From a virus (taxonomy: Duplodnaviria > Caudoviricetes): 28,918 nt of DNA. Of this stretch, positions 1-8,428 are shown piece by piece; position 1 is the stretch's first letter, and every line of letters begins with the position of its first letter. The position numbers and the translations under genes are program-made. The stretch spans positions 1-28,918 of IMG/VR virus record IMGVR_UViG_3300020042_001812; one strand, given 5' to 3'. The notes below the pieces were generated by a model, which was not told the DNA's origin, did not search any database, and saw only the letters and a list, made by a program, of their open reading frames with translations.

Positions 1-1
1 T

Positions 2-2191
2 TGATGGATTCATCATCGGCGGCATCGGCTGCTGCTGCTGCTCAATAAACTGAGCCGCCTGCTGCTGGGCCAGTGCCGCCTGCTGACGAATTGCTTCACG
101 ATCAATATTCTGAGCCGCATCGATCTCAGCCGTACTGATCTGTGATTTGTACTTTAACTCAATTTCGTACTTTTTGAGGTACAAGTCTTGGGCCATCTTG
201 TCGCGCTGTAAATCGTCATCCATCATCATTTGCTGGCGCTTTAGCTCCAACTCTGCCGCCTTCTTCTGGATGTCGGCCTTGATGGACTCGGCTTGCACCT
301 GTGCCAGTAGCTCCTCCGGCGTGGCTTTGGGCTGCTGGACGGGGGCCACATAGTCAGCAGGGATGTTCTGAAAATAGCTGGACGCATCCTTAAAACCAGA
401 CAATTCGACAATCTTGCGCAGGGTATTACTAAACTGCTGCGGCGTGACCAGTGGATTCTGTGGGCCAAGCTGCTGCAAAATTTGCTCTTGCTTGGCCAAA
501 ATAGTCATCAGCGCTTGCATGCGCTCATTGGTGTCGCCATTGCCCAATCCGATATTGATATTGGCATCCATGCTGGCATCCCAATATCTTGGGTCAATTT
601 GCACCCACTCATTGCGCATACGCACCATGCGTGCTTTGTCTTGGTGCGTGGTGGCCAAGAACAAAATGCCTTTAAAGAGCTTTTTCATGCCCTCGGCCAG
701 AATTCGCGCCGTCAACTCAATGCGGCCTTGGCTGGCTGAAATTGTTGCATTGACTGCTGCCTTGGTGCTTGATTGCAATGCGTCAGCATTCAGACCCATC
801 GCCGCCTTGCTCATGCCGGTGCGGTCTTCCTTGATCTGATCCATGTATTCCAGCATCGGGAATGCGGCCTGACCCACAAATGGCGTGGTCAAAGGCTGCA
901 CCATCCCTGGCGCACGCATACGGATAATCGCGCCCGTCTCGTTGTTCAGCACATCGTCAATGTTGACTTGGCCCTCAACCACCGCCGTGCGCGGGTGGAT
1001 GGATTGCGCCAAGCTGTCCAGCGTATTGCGGAGAATCTCAGACTTGATCTCTTGCAGGTCGCGGGTAATGTCAAAAATTGACATGGCCTCAAGGGGGCTG
1101 GTGTGTGGCTCCGGATCGCAGGGAAAGTCAGCAAACGGGATGTAGCTGGCCGGCAAGTTTCTAACCACTTTGTAGCCACCGCCCATGCAGCAGACCTTGC
1201 GCAACTCGGCAATGCCGTCACCATCAAAGTCCACACGGGAATACGCCTCAATATACAGCGCCCTGCGCATCATTGGATTGGCAGCGTCATTCGTGCCAAA
1301 TGTTGTACTCAGTGGCTGACGCGCCAGATACTCATCATTGCTGTCCAAATCTGTGGTTGACAGATTCTCTTCAATCTCGTCTTCGTCATAGCCCATCGCA
1401 ATCAGGTCGGCCACAGTGGCCATCTGCCTGTGGGCAATGAGGCTTGAATCGTCAAAAGATCGGGCACGCCGATCAAGCAGCAATTCCTCTGGCGGCACGG
1501 CCATGATCCTGATCCGGCCATCCTTGGTGATGCGCTTGATCTGCACATCGTGGATCATCGGCGCAGGCATCGTCACTGGTTGACCCGTCATCGGGTCAAT
1601 AGTGGTCATCTGCATTTCGTCAATATTTGGGTCTGGGTAAGAGACAACAATTTTGACTTCAGCACCAGGCTCCTGCATCAGCATCTCTAGCGTCTGATCA
1701 TCAAGACCCGAATATTCTTCAATCCTTACCTTTTCTTCGTCTTCCCAAAAGAATTTGGCAATGCCGCATTTGCGTACCAAGGCATCCTTAAAGATGGCGT
1801 AAGTGGTTAAAAACCCGTTGTTGTCGTTCTGGAATACATAGTTGGCGTAATCGGTAGCCTGCTGCGCCATCTGGACATCTTCTGGCCCACGGGGCGCAAA
1901 CTCGACCACATTCTCAGAATTGAAAAACACCCGCATCAGGCTGGGCAGCATGGCGCTCACAGTGTCGCGCACCTCCATCGCCACCACTTTGCTGTTGCCA
2001 TCGACCTCATTTCCAAATGGGTCGCCTCGGTAGTATTCAGTCCCCCGCGCTCGGGTGGGCGACAGGTCGCTGTCCACATAGCTCACCGCATCGGTCAGGT
2101 CTTGCGTGATGATCGCTTGCAGTTCTGCATCGTCCATTGGCTCAGTGGCTGCAATGTCGGTGGATAAATTGTCGGTAATGTTTTCAATCAT
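2..2191 (-). CDS. Portal protein, P22-like (3' end runs off the window; absent from the ORF track)
   Basis: Manual translation from ATG at 2191 stays open to the window edge: MIENITDNLSTD...RARGTEYYRGDPFGNEVDGNSKVVAMEVRDTVSAMLPSLMRVFF...EFAPRGPEDVQMAQQATDYANYVF...FKDALVRKCGIAK. Q-rich coiled-coil C-terminus. Lies downstream of terL. Confidence 0.9.
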   Translation of the reverse strand, partial: MIENITDNLSTDIAATEPMDDAELQAIITQDLTDAVSYVDSDLSPTRARGTEYYRGDPFGNEVDGNSKVVAMEVRDTVSAMLPSLMRVFFNSENVVEFAPRGPEDVQMAQQATDYANYVFQNDNNGFLTTYAIFKDALVRKCGIAKFFWEDEEKVRIEEYSGLDDQTLEMLMQEPGAEVKIVVSYPDPNIDEMQMTTIDPMTGQPVTMPAPMIHDVQIKRITKDGRIRIMAVPPEELLLDRRARSFDDSSLIAHRQMATVADLIAMGYDEDEIEENLSTTDLDSNDEYLARQPLSTTFGTNDAANPMMRRALYIEAYSRVDFDGDGIAELRKVCCMGGGYKVVRNLPASYIPFADFPCDPEPHTSPLEAMSIFDITRDLQEIKSEILRNTLDSLAQSIHPRTAVVEGQVNIDDVLNNETGAIIRMRAPGMVQPLTTPFVGQAAFPMLEYMDQIKEDRTGMSKAAMGLNADALQSSTKAAVNATISASQGRIELTARILAEGMKKLFKGILFLATTHQDKARMVRMRNEWVQIDPRYWDASMDANINIGLGNGDTNERMQALMTILAKQEQILQQLGPQNPLVTPQQFSNTLRKIVELSGFKDASSYFQNIPADYVAPVQQPKATPEELLAQVQAESIKADIQKKAAELELKRQQMMMDDDLQRDKMAQDLYLKKYEIELKYKSQISTAEIDAAQNIDREAIRQQAALAQQQAAQFIEQQQQPMPPMMNPS

Positions 2192-2233
2192 GGCTGTGCC
2201 TTTAGGTAAACCGCATTGCCTGAATTTTAGTCT

Positions 2234-2929
2234 TTAAAAGCCAAACCAAGCCTTTGCATATTCTGGACGATTCTCCATGAGCCACGGCAGTGCGTCATCA
2301 TGCAATTTTTGGCCATTAAAGCCAATAGTGTTGCTGCCGATGTGATGGACATAGCTGGCGCTCACAAAATGTGAGTAGCCCTTTTCAATCAGATCTCTAC
2401 AATGCACATCATCTGAGTACCAATTCAGAGGGGGAAACTTTGCCTCCTCAAATGCATCGCTTGAGATCCACGCAAAGATCGGGCTGATCACCCCGACCAT
2501 CTTGATGTGGGCCTCAGACGGAAACTTATAAAAGTTCAGCTTCTCAGGTTTCTCAGTAATCCTCACATTTTGGTCAGCCGGAGCCGCATCAGTCCTTGAC
2601 GCCACCCAGCCAGCCTTGACGCCGTCCATTGTCCTAATGATTTCCACATCCTCAAGCATCATTTTCACGCTGGTTGGGGTCAGCACGATGTCATCGTTGG
2701 CCACGATGCATGATGACCAATCCTTGAGTGCCGCCTCAATCACCTCGTTGTAGTCATCGCCAAAGTTCCTTGGCTGGCCGTAGATCTTGTGGTCAGCCTC
2801 AAAGTTCTCAAGCACCGACTCCGGCCCCCGCAGGTAGACCGGACACTCTGGCGCGTACTGCTTGATCGACTCCAGCAGCACCGCCAGACCATGCCCCCTG
2901 ACTGTGGCAATGACAATCGGACTGATCAT
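2234..2929 (-). CDS. Glycosyltransferase family 2 (GT-A fold)-like protein
   Basis: N-terminal IVIAT strand, RNFGDDYN (cf. N-x-G-x3-N), DxD-like IVANDDIVL, WYSDD and C-terminal YVHHIGSNT motifs typical of GT2. Confidence 0.7.
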   Translation of the reverse strand: MISPIVIATVRGHGLAVLLESIKQYAPECPVYLRGPESVLENFEADHKIYGQPRNFGDDYNEVIEAALKDWSSCIVANDDIVLTPTSVKMMLEDVEIIRTMDGVKAGWVASRTDAAPADQNVRITEKPEKLNFYKFPSEAHIKMVGVISPIFAWISSDAFEEAKFPPLNWYSDDVHCRDLIEKGYSHFVSASYVHHIGSNTIGFNGQKLHDDALPWLMENRPEYAKAWFGF

Positions 2930-3222
2930 TTCTTGGCTTTGTTTCGGGCTGAAATGCTGGCCGACTTGCTTTTGGCGTCTGCCTTGGAGTTAGCGCCCCA
3001 TGCCTTCAGACTCAGCAGCAGCCTGGTCGGCTTGCCATCCTTGTATTCTGGGCCATCATTGCCGGCCATGCGTGCCAAAAAGCTGGCCCGTCTCGGGTTG
3101 TCGCCGGCCTTAACGGGTGGCTTGATGTCTTGGCCGGCAGCCTTCAGGCTGGCACGGCCAGCAGCGTTCAAACCACCTTTGGGGTTTTTACCCTCTTTGC
3201 GCTGCCATGCCGGCGTCTTCAT
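2926..3222 (-). CDS. Small basic conserved phage protein (DUF6321-like)
   Basis: WQRKEGKNPKGGLNAAGRAS...RRASFLARM...LSLKAW pattern recurrent in aquatic phages. ATGA overlaps on both sides. Confidence 0.75.
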   Translation of the reverse strand: MKTPAWQRKEGKNPKGGLNAAGRASLKAAGQDIKPPVKAGDNPRRASFLARMAGNDGPEYKDGKPTRLLLSLKAWGANSKADAKSKSASISARNKAKK

Positions 3223-3374
3223 TTCTTCTTTACTGGCTTGGCGGTTTTAGCCGCTGCTTTAAAGTCAGCAGCGCTTGGCGCACCTTTTGCACCAGGCTTT
3301 CGCATTTTCTCTTTAGACCCAGCAGCAATTCTTTCGCGTTTTGCATTAATGTTTGCATATAGTCCAGCTTTCAT
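3219..3374 (-). CDS. 51-aa Lys/Ala-rich protein (not in ORF track)
   Basis: MKAGLYANINAKRERIAAGSKEKMRKPGAKGAPSAADFKAAAKTAKPVKKK. Fills the gap exactly, with ATGA overlaps at both ends. Confidence 0.8.
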   Translation of the reverse strand: MKAGLYANINAKRERIAAGSKEKMRKPGAKGAPSAADFKAAAKTAKPVKKK

Positions 3375-3874
3375 TTTTTGGCTCCGATCTTAATTACCAG
3401 CATGGGCTTGTCATCCATGTCCTCGCCCTCCATCGCACTGTTTTCACCAGCCTCGTAATCCTCATCCTCGTCACTCTCCGTCACCCATGCATCGCATGTC
3501 CGGCTGGCCGCGCACTTGAAGTCAAAGATTTCGCAGTAGCCCAGATCAGCCTTGTCAATAACTTCCTCGGCATCACCCTCGCCCCCAATGCCCTTCTCAA
3601 TGCAGTCAAGCATTGACTCCTCTTGGTTAAACGCCGCGCAGTTACCGCACCGGCTCATCTTGGCATCCTCAATGCTCACCTCCCACTCGTCAGCCTTTTT
3701 CTTCCAAAAGGCAGTATTGGGCAGGTCGGGATTCTCAGGGCCGTAGTTGGCACTGTTAATCGCCTTGGCCCTGTTGCGCAGATTGATGGTGATGTCTTGT
3801 GTGGCCGTTGGACAACTCTCCCCAGCTTCCTCGTCACCCATCAATTGACTCATGGTTTCTTTAATCGTAGCCAT
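3371..3874 (-). CDS. Cys-rich acidic protein, possible metal/Fe-S binding
   Basis: CGNC...C...GYC...C...CDAW cysteine pattern. Coupled to both neighbours. Confidence 0.7.
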   Translation of the reverse strand: MATIKETMSQLMGDEEAGESCPTATQDITINLRNRAKAINSANYGPENPDLPNTAFWKKKADEWEVSIEDAKMSRCGNCAAFNQEESMLDCIEKGIGGEGDAEEVIDKADLGYCEIFDFKCAASRTCDAWVTESDEDEDYEAGENSAMEGEDMDDKPMLVIKIGAKK

Positions 3875-4059
3875 CAGCGCATCCCCTTTGTTTTCATGTT
3901 CTTTGCAGTTCTGCTGCCGCGCATAGGCAGCTTGGCAGTGGACAGCGCAATGGCCATTGCCTGCTGCGGACTCTTGACAGTCTTGCCGCTGGATGTCAGC
4001 TTGCCGGACTTGTACTCGCCCATCACCTTACCGACTTTTTTCTGGCCTTTGGTCATCAT
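3874..4059 (-). CDS. Small basic protein (DUF6496-like)
   Basis: KKVGKVMGEYKSGKLTSS..KSPQQAMAIALS motif. TGATG overlap with the next gene. Confidence 0.7.
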   Translation of the reverse strand: MMTKGQKKVGKVMGEYKSGKLTSSGKTVKSPQQAMAIALSTAKLPMRGSRTAKNMKTKGMR

Positions 4060-4090
4060 AGGATTTTCCCCGTTGGTTGCAAATGCCTAA

Positions 4091-5500
4091 TTATGCACCT
4101 CTTGATAGGTTTCGGCGCAGTGGCTGGCTCCACTTGCTGCTGGCCGAACTTCCGTACATCCCCGCAATGGCGTCACTTGCAAATGTCAAGACAAAGGCGT
4201 CAGCCTTGTCCGGACTCGGCAGCCCCCGCCTTTTGATCTCATCTTTGCCCTCAATGGCAATTTTGCCATTACTTGTGAAGGTGTAGCGCACTGTGGCCAA
4301 CTCACTGATCAGCACCTCATCCTTGGCCAGTTTGCAGTCCCGCGCCTCCAGCCACGCCTTGGCCTTGTACCAAAGTTCAGCCTTCAGATTCCTGTAAGTG
4401 CTGCCCATTGATGGGCTTTCCGACACATTAATCCCCCGCGCCGGCAGCCCTAATTCCCGCAACCGATCCACCACCCCAGCCCCCAGGCCAATGCTGTCCA
4501 CCAGTATTTCCCTTGGCTGCTCACTTGGCGCCAAAGCCTTGAACTCGGCCACCACCGCCCCCGTCAATTGCATCAAGTCCAGATTCTTCCAAGTGCGGAT
4601 GCTCTCCGTCACCACATTGCCCTGCCGCTTGCACAGCGCACTTCTGTCACTCCCAAACCGCGCCACATCCAGCCCCCAGACCATCGGCGCTGACTGACTC
4701 GGTGCAACATCCCTGTGCAGCGCACTCTCCAGCAAGTCCATCGGGATCACTGTATCGTCATCCCCCTTGGGAAACTCCCCGATCACCCTGATCCGGTAGA
4801 CATTGCTGTCCTCCCCATACCGCATGGCCATCTCATCAATGTACTCCTGCGATACCCGAGGTGAATCACTGCACGCCACCTGAAAGGTAGTCCACTCGCC
4901 GGCCAAGCGCGTATGCGTATCGTAGAAAAACCCGCTGCTGCGCACCGGATTGCCCAGCAACAGGGTCACAGCGTTATGCCCAGACATCGATCCCGCTGCC
5001 GCCTCAAACACCTGCTCCGGCACGCCGGACGCCTCATCGGCCACCAGCATCACATACTCAGAGTGAATACCCTGCAAAGCCTCGGGCTGCTCGGCCCTAG
5101 ATGTCCTGGCCGAAATAAACATCTCAGTCGGCGCAGCGTTAAATTCAATCCTCTCCTGCTTGACAGTCAGCAGCCCCTGCAATGGCACAGGCATCGCATT
5201 GATCCACCTCTTCAACTCCGCAAACATGGCGTCATAAAGCTGGCTACTTGTCGGCGCAGTCACCACCACCTTGACCGGACTTCGGGTCATAAAGTACCAG
5301 AGCATGGCCCAGCTACTGGCCGTACTCTTACCCACCCCGTGGCCGCTTCGCACGCTGATCTTTCGATCCCCCCGCGCAATCGCCCCCAAGAATTTCTCTT
5401 GCCACGGGTCGGGGTCAACCCCCAGCACCTCCTTGACAAACAGCACGGGGTCATCTCGGTATCGGTCAACCCACTCGGCAAAGACATTGTTTTTGATCAT
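4091..5500 (-). CDS. terL: Terminase large subunit
   Basis: Walker A SVRSGHGVGKS, Walker B LVADEAS, coupling motif LGNP, nuclease motifs GLDVARFGSD, VDSIGLGAGV and SPDKADA. Start re-called to ATG 5500 (ATGA overlap with upstream ORF). Confidence 0.95.
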   Translation of the reverse strand: MIKNNVFAEWVDRYRDDPVLFVKEVLGVDPDPWQEKFLGAIARGDRKISVRSGHGVGKSTASSWAMLWYFMTRSPVKVVVTAPTSSQLYDAMFAELKRWINAMPVPLQGLLTVKQERIEFNAAPTEMFISARTSRAEQPEALQGIHSEYVMLVADEASGVPEQVFEAAAGSMSGHNAVTLLLGNPVRSSGFFYDTHTRLAGEWTTFQVACSDSPRVSQEYIDEMAMRYGEDSNVYRIRVIGEFPKGDDDTVIPMDLLESALHRDVAPSQSAPMVWGLDVARFGSDRSALCKRQGNVVTESIRTWKNLDLMQLTGAVVAEFKALAPSEQPREILVDSIGLGAGVVDRLRELGLPARGINVSESPSMGSTYRNLKAELWYKAKAWLEARDCKLAKDEVLISELATVRYTFTSNGKIAIEGKDEIKRRGLPSPDKADAFVLTFASDAIAGMYGSSASSKWSQPLRRNLSRGA

Positions 5501-5679
5501 GTGGTGTTCAACTCCTTCAACATGGCTTGCACCGCCTTTGCAAACACTACTTGTCCCCAAGGCATAGGCGCACCTCGGTGTTCCGCTACCACCTCGTAGT
5601 AGATGGCTTCTAGTTGTGAATCACTCAGGTCTACCCACGGGCGCTTGTAGACCTGTGTGTCATCGTCTTCTTCAGTCAT
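5497..5679 (-). CDS. Hypothetical phage protein
   Basis: KRPWVDLSDSQL...FAKAVQAMLKELN pattern common in small phage proteins. ATGA overlaps. Confidence 0.65.
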   Translation of the reverse strand: MTEEDDDTQVYKRPWVDLSDSQLEAIYYEVVAEHRGAPMPWGQVVFAKAVQAMLKELNTT

Positions 5680-6143
5680 GCTTGTCCCCTTGATTGATTT
5701 TTTAATCTTTCTGTTTCAGCGTCGTATACTCGTTTACGTAGAGTTGAACTGCTGTATGGGTGATCTCTTAGGTGGTAATGCAGTTCAATACCATTGTCAA
5801 TGCACCACTGCTTACCAGTAAAATCTTTTGTCTTATACTCATCTCCTAAAAAACGAATATCAATATGTTGAGTTTTAAATATATTAAGTAACTCCTCTTC
5901 TGTCGAATACACTAAAACTTCATCAACATAAATACACGCAGCTACCTGACAATGCCTCTCGTAAATAGATTGCACTGGTTTATTTTTAGTATCCGGTCTA
6001 TCAATTGTTGGATCGGTTTGAAGAGCTATGATTAAATAATCACAAAACCGCTTTTCTTCTTTCAACATAGTCACGTGACCCGCATGAAAGAGATCAAACG
6101 AACTGCAATTAAAACCTACTTTATATTTGTCAAAGCGGGTCAT
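5676..6143 (-). CDS. Cytidylyltransferase (TagD/glycerol-3-phosphate cytidylyltransferase-like, HIGH superfamily)
   Basis: SSFDLFHAGH (HxGH), KNKPVQSIYER, GDEY and YSSSTLRKR motifs. Start re-called to ATG 6143. Visibly AT-rich. Confidence 0.85.
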   Translation of the reverse strand: MTRFDKYKVGFNCSSFDLFHAGHVTMLKEEKRFCDYLIIALQTDPTIDRPDTKNKPVQSIYERHCQVAACIYVDEVLVYSTEEELLNIFKTQHIDIRFLGDEYKTKDFTGKQWCIDNGIELHYHLRDHPYSSSTLRKRVYDAETERLKNQSRGQA

Positions 6144-6403
6144 ATCAGCAAGCTCCAAATCCAAGCGCCAGTGAAGAACAGCGCCAAGCAGATCGTCAAC
6201 AGCACTGCAAAAATACACCAAAGCATAAACGCTCCAATCTTGTGCCACACCTCCGGCATCGGCTCAATGTCCTCCGGCACTGCCGGATACGCCTTGACCT
6301 TGCGCACCACCTCCGGCTCCACCTCTGCATTGGTGAAGTGACAGAAATGCTCACACTGTGGCTTGTGAGGGCAAATCCCCCCTGCATCACAAACCCTGGT
6401 CAT
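6140..6403 (-). CDS. Small membrane protein with N-terminal Cys/His cluster
   Basis: CDAGGICPHKPQCEHFCH followed by a hydrophobic C-terminal helix. ATGA overlaps. Confidence 0.6.
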   Translation of the reverse strand: MTRVCDAGGICPHKPQCEHFCHFTNAEVEPEVVRKVKAYPAVPEDIEPMPEVWHKIGAFMLWCIFAVLLTICLALFFTGAWIWSLLI

Positions 6404-6615
6404 GCTGGCTCCTTCACTTCTTCAGTCTTATCCAGATAAGCCTTTAAGCGCTTGACTCGATTCTTGTTGTACGCCACCAGTGCGGAGGCATATTCGACCC
6501 CAGATTCAGCGGCCAGCAGCTCATGCTCCGCGTGCAACAGTTCGTGCGTCACAGCCTGTATCGGCGTCACGGTCTTGAGCATTAACCTCAATTCAGTCCA
6601 CAAATATTTCCACAT
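6400..6615 (-). CDS. Hypothetical coiled-coil protein
   Basis: 71-aa ORF with GGGAG RBS, coupled to its neighbours. Confidence 0.65.
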   Translation of the reverse strand: MWKYLWTELRLMLKTVTPIQAVTHELLHAEHELLAAESGVEYASALVAYNKNRVKRLKAYLDKTEEVKEPA

Positions 6616-6788
6616 TATTGTTTCTCCCTTTTAATAATTCGACTAATTGTCATTTCACTAACTTCAAATCTTCTGGCTATCTCTTTCTTAGTTACCCCCT
6701 CAGAGAATAACTTTAATACCCTAGATATAGATATATTAATTCTCGGCCTTCCGGCGCTTTTTCTCTTGCCGCCATGACCCTTGGTCAT
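6615..6788 (-). CDS. 57-aa Hin/resolvase-type helix-turn-helix protein (not in ORF track)
   Basis: MTKGHGGKRKSAGRPRINISISRVLKLFSEGVTKKEIARRFEVSEMTISRIIKREKQ: GRPR arm followed by an HTH. ATGA and TAATG overlaps. Confidence 0.75.
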   Translation of the reverse strand: MTKGHGGKRKSAGRPRINISISRVLKLFSEGVTKKEIARRFEVSEMTISRIIKREKQ

Positions 6789-7021
6789 TTATATCTATCT
6801 TCTCTAATTGCAATCTCAATAACATCTTTTAAATCATCACTAAGTAACTCAAATATATCCGCGCCATTTACCCATACCTCAACTAAATATACCAGTTCCG
6901 GTACAGCCGGCTCAATAACTACCCCAGCCTCTAATATCTCCGGCTCACTCGGCTCCCACTCGTACCAGCACTCCAGTGGCTGGCGGCAAAGGTCTGTAAT
7001 GTGTTCATGCATCAACTTCAT
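6785..7021 (-). CDS. Hypothetical acidic protein
   Basis: 78-aa ORF with ATGA overlaps on both sides. Confidence 0.65.
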   Translation of the reverse strand: MKLMHEHITDLCRQPLECWYEWEPSEPEILEAGVVIEPAVPELVYLVEVWVNGADIFELLSDDLKDVIEIAIREDRYK

Positions 7022-7686
7022 GCTGCTTCTCCTTGTAATGCCCTGCGGATTGCTTCGTGAGAAACAACTACCCCGTGGCTGGTTTTTAAAATACTCGAAA
7101 TCCCCCTAAACGAAATCCCTGTCGCCCTCATCTCTTTGGCGTATTTGAGTGCCGCCTGCTCCTCTGGCTTGGCCACCAGAATGGCTGCCTGACCAGCGCC
7201 CTGAATCACATACCCGAACTTGGCCGACCCACCCAGATGCCCTCCGGCCTTGCGCTTGGCCGCCTGACCCTGCTTCTGGCGCTCTTTGAGCACTCGGCGC
7301 TCATGGCCGGCAAAGCTGCACAAGATCTCCAGCATCAACTGCGCGTAGATGTTGCTTGAGTCAGTGACATCCCCGTGGCCGTTGATGATCAGCTTGACGC
7401 CAAGCTCCTTGCACCGCTTGATCGACTGAAGCGCATCCAGCAAATCACGGCTGAACCGATCCAGCTTCGCCACAATCACAGTGTCGCCCTGCTTGAGTGT
7501 CACTCCGTTGGCCTCCAGCCGTGCAAAGAAAGGGTCAGCGCCAGAGACGCCACCATCCTCAACAAACTGCTCGATCACCAGGTCGTGGCTCATCGCGTTA
7601 CCGCTGATCTGCCGCTTCTGCTCCTGCATGCTGGTGTTGTCCACCTGCTCCGTAGTAGAGACTCTTACATACCCATAGACTGTCAT
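7018..7686 (-). CDS. Small serine recombinase (resolvase/invertase, PinR-like)
   Basis: YGYVRVST catalytic Ser motif, EDGGVSGA, KLDRFSR, FAGHERRVLKER, short C-terminal HTH. AGGGAG RBS upstream of ATG 7686. Confidence 0.92.
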   Translation of the reverse strand: MTVYGYVRVSTTEQVDNTSMQEQKRQISGNAMSHDLVIEQFVEDGGVSGADPFFARLEANGVTLKQGDTVIVAKLDRFSRDLLDALQSIKRCKELGVKLIINGHGDVTDSSNIYAQLMLEILCSFAGHERRVLKERQKQGQAAKRKAGGHLGGSAKFGYVIQGAGQAAILVAKPEEQAALKYAKEMRATGISFRGISSILKTSHGVVVSHEAIRRALQGEAA

Positions 7687-7724
7687 TAGTTGCACTCCCT
7701 GTTAAATTATTGACTGACAAGGCA

Positions 7725-7752
7725 ATTATGTATCAGGTTGGCAGGTTGTCAA
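7725..7752 (-). promoter_or_regulatory. Sigma70-like promoter for the recombinase operon
   Basis: TTGACA-N16-CATAAT on the minus strand, preceded by an A/T tract (UP-element-like). Confidence 0.6.
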
Positions 7753-7760
7753 GTGGTTTT

Positions 7761-7778
7761 TAAAAAAAATTTTTTTTA
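7761..7778. repeat. Perfect 18-bp A/T palindrome
   Basis: TAAAAAAAATTTTTTTTA read directly from the sequence. Confidence 0.85.
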
Positions 7779-7877
7779 GGGATGTAGGTTGGTAGGTGAT
7801 TAGTGCCGCATCAGTCGCCCCCGCCAAGGCGCGGGACGGGGGGGTCGCGGCGCGGCGGCCAGCCGGCGGCCACAAAT

Positions 7878-7913
7878 CCTGTGAAAACAGCGCTGCCTAG
7901 CTGAATTCACAGG
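7878..7913. repeat. Imperfect inverted repeat just downstream of terS
   Basis: CCTGTGAA-AA-CAGC-[8 nt]-GCTG-AA-TTCACAGG. Confidence 0.7.
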
Positions 7914-7918
7914 CAGGG

Positions 7919-8428
7919 CTAACCCTCGTCAATCGTGTCTTTGTCAACCCCGTTTACGGGCGTGACAACTCGGTGACGCAATGCGTCCAGCGCCAGGCTT
8001 CCCAGATCGATGTTCACCAGTGGCGCAGGCTTGTCACTGTAGTCATCGTTCAGCTTGCTGGCCAGCCAACGCCTGGTGTCCACCCGCAGCTTGGCGACCT
8101 GCGCGTCTTGAGGCCGCGCAGCGTCTGCAATGTCGAGGGTTTGCTCTGCTAAACTCTGAGCGCCTCGCGTGCGCGCCTGCGCGTAGGCCGATCGGCGCGT
8201 CTCGCCGCCCCTGTCAAGCCACCGGTCAAAGGTAGCCGCACCCACCCCCAATGTCCTGCACAGTGCGGAAGTCGTGCCGCCGGATGCAATGAATTCAAGT
8301 GCGGCATCCTCACCACCAAATTTATGGATAGCCTTGTTGGCCCCGCTGATCTCAGCTTTTTTGCTTTGTGCTGCTGCAATGTTTGCAGCGCTTTGGTCTG
8401 CCATCTCGGCCAATGTGTCACGGCTCAT
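7919..8428 (-). CDS. terS: Terminase small subunit (Sf6 gp1-like)
   Basis: N-terminal HTH followed by YAQARTRGAQSLAEQTLDIAD...AKLRVDTRRWLASKL. AGGAG RBS before ATG 8428. Confidence 0.85.
   Translation of the reverse strand: MSRDTLAEMADQSAANIAAAQSKKAEISGANKAIHKFGGEDAALEFIASGGTTSALCRTLGVGAATFDRWLDRGGETRRSAYAQARTRGAQSLAEQTLDIADAARPQDAQVAKLRVDTRRWLASKLNDDYSDKPAPLVNIDLGSLALDALRHRVVTPVNGVDKDTIDEG

Noticed and set aside
147-1360. Several ORF-track ORFs in the first 1.4 kb
   Set aside because: They are antisense or out-of-frame shadows of the portal gene, which occupies 2..2191 on the minus strand.
7687-7918. tRNA or known structured RNA in the larger intergenic regions
   Set aside because: No cloverleaf or T-loop consensus found by eye; an Infernal/tRNAscan run would be needed to exclude it fully.
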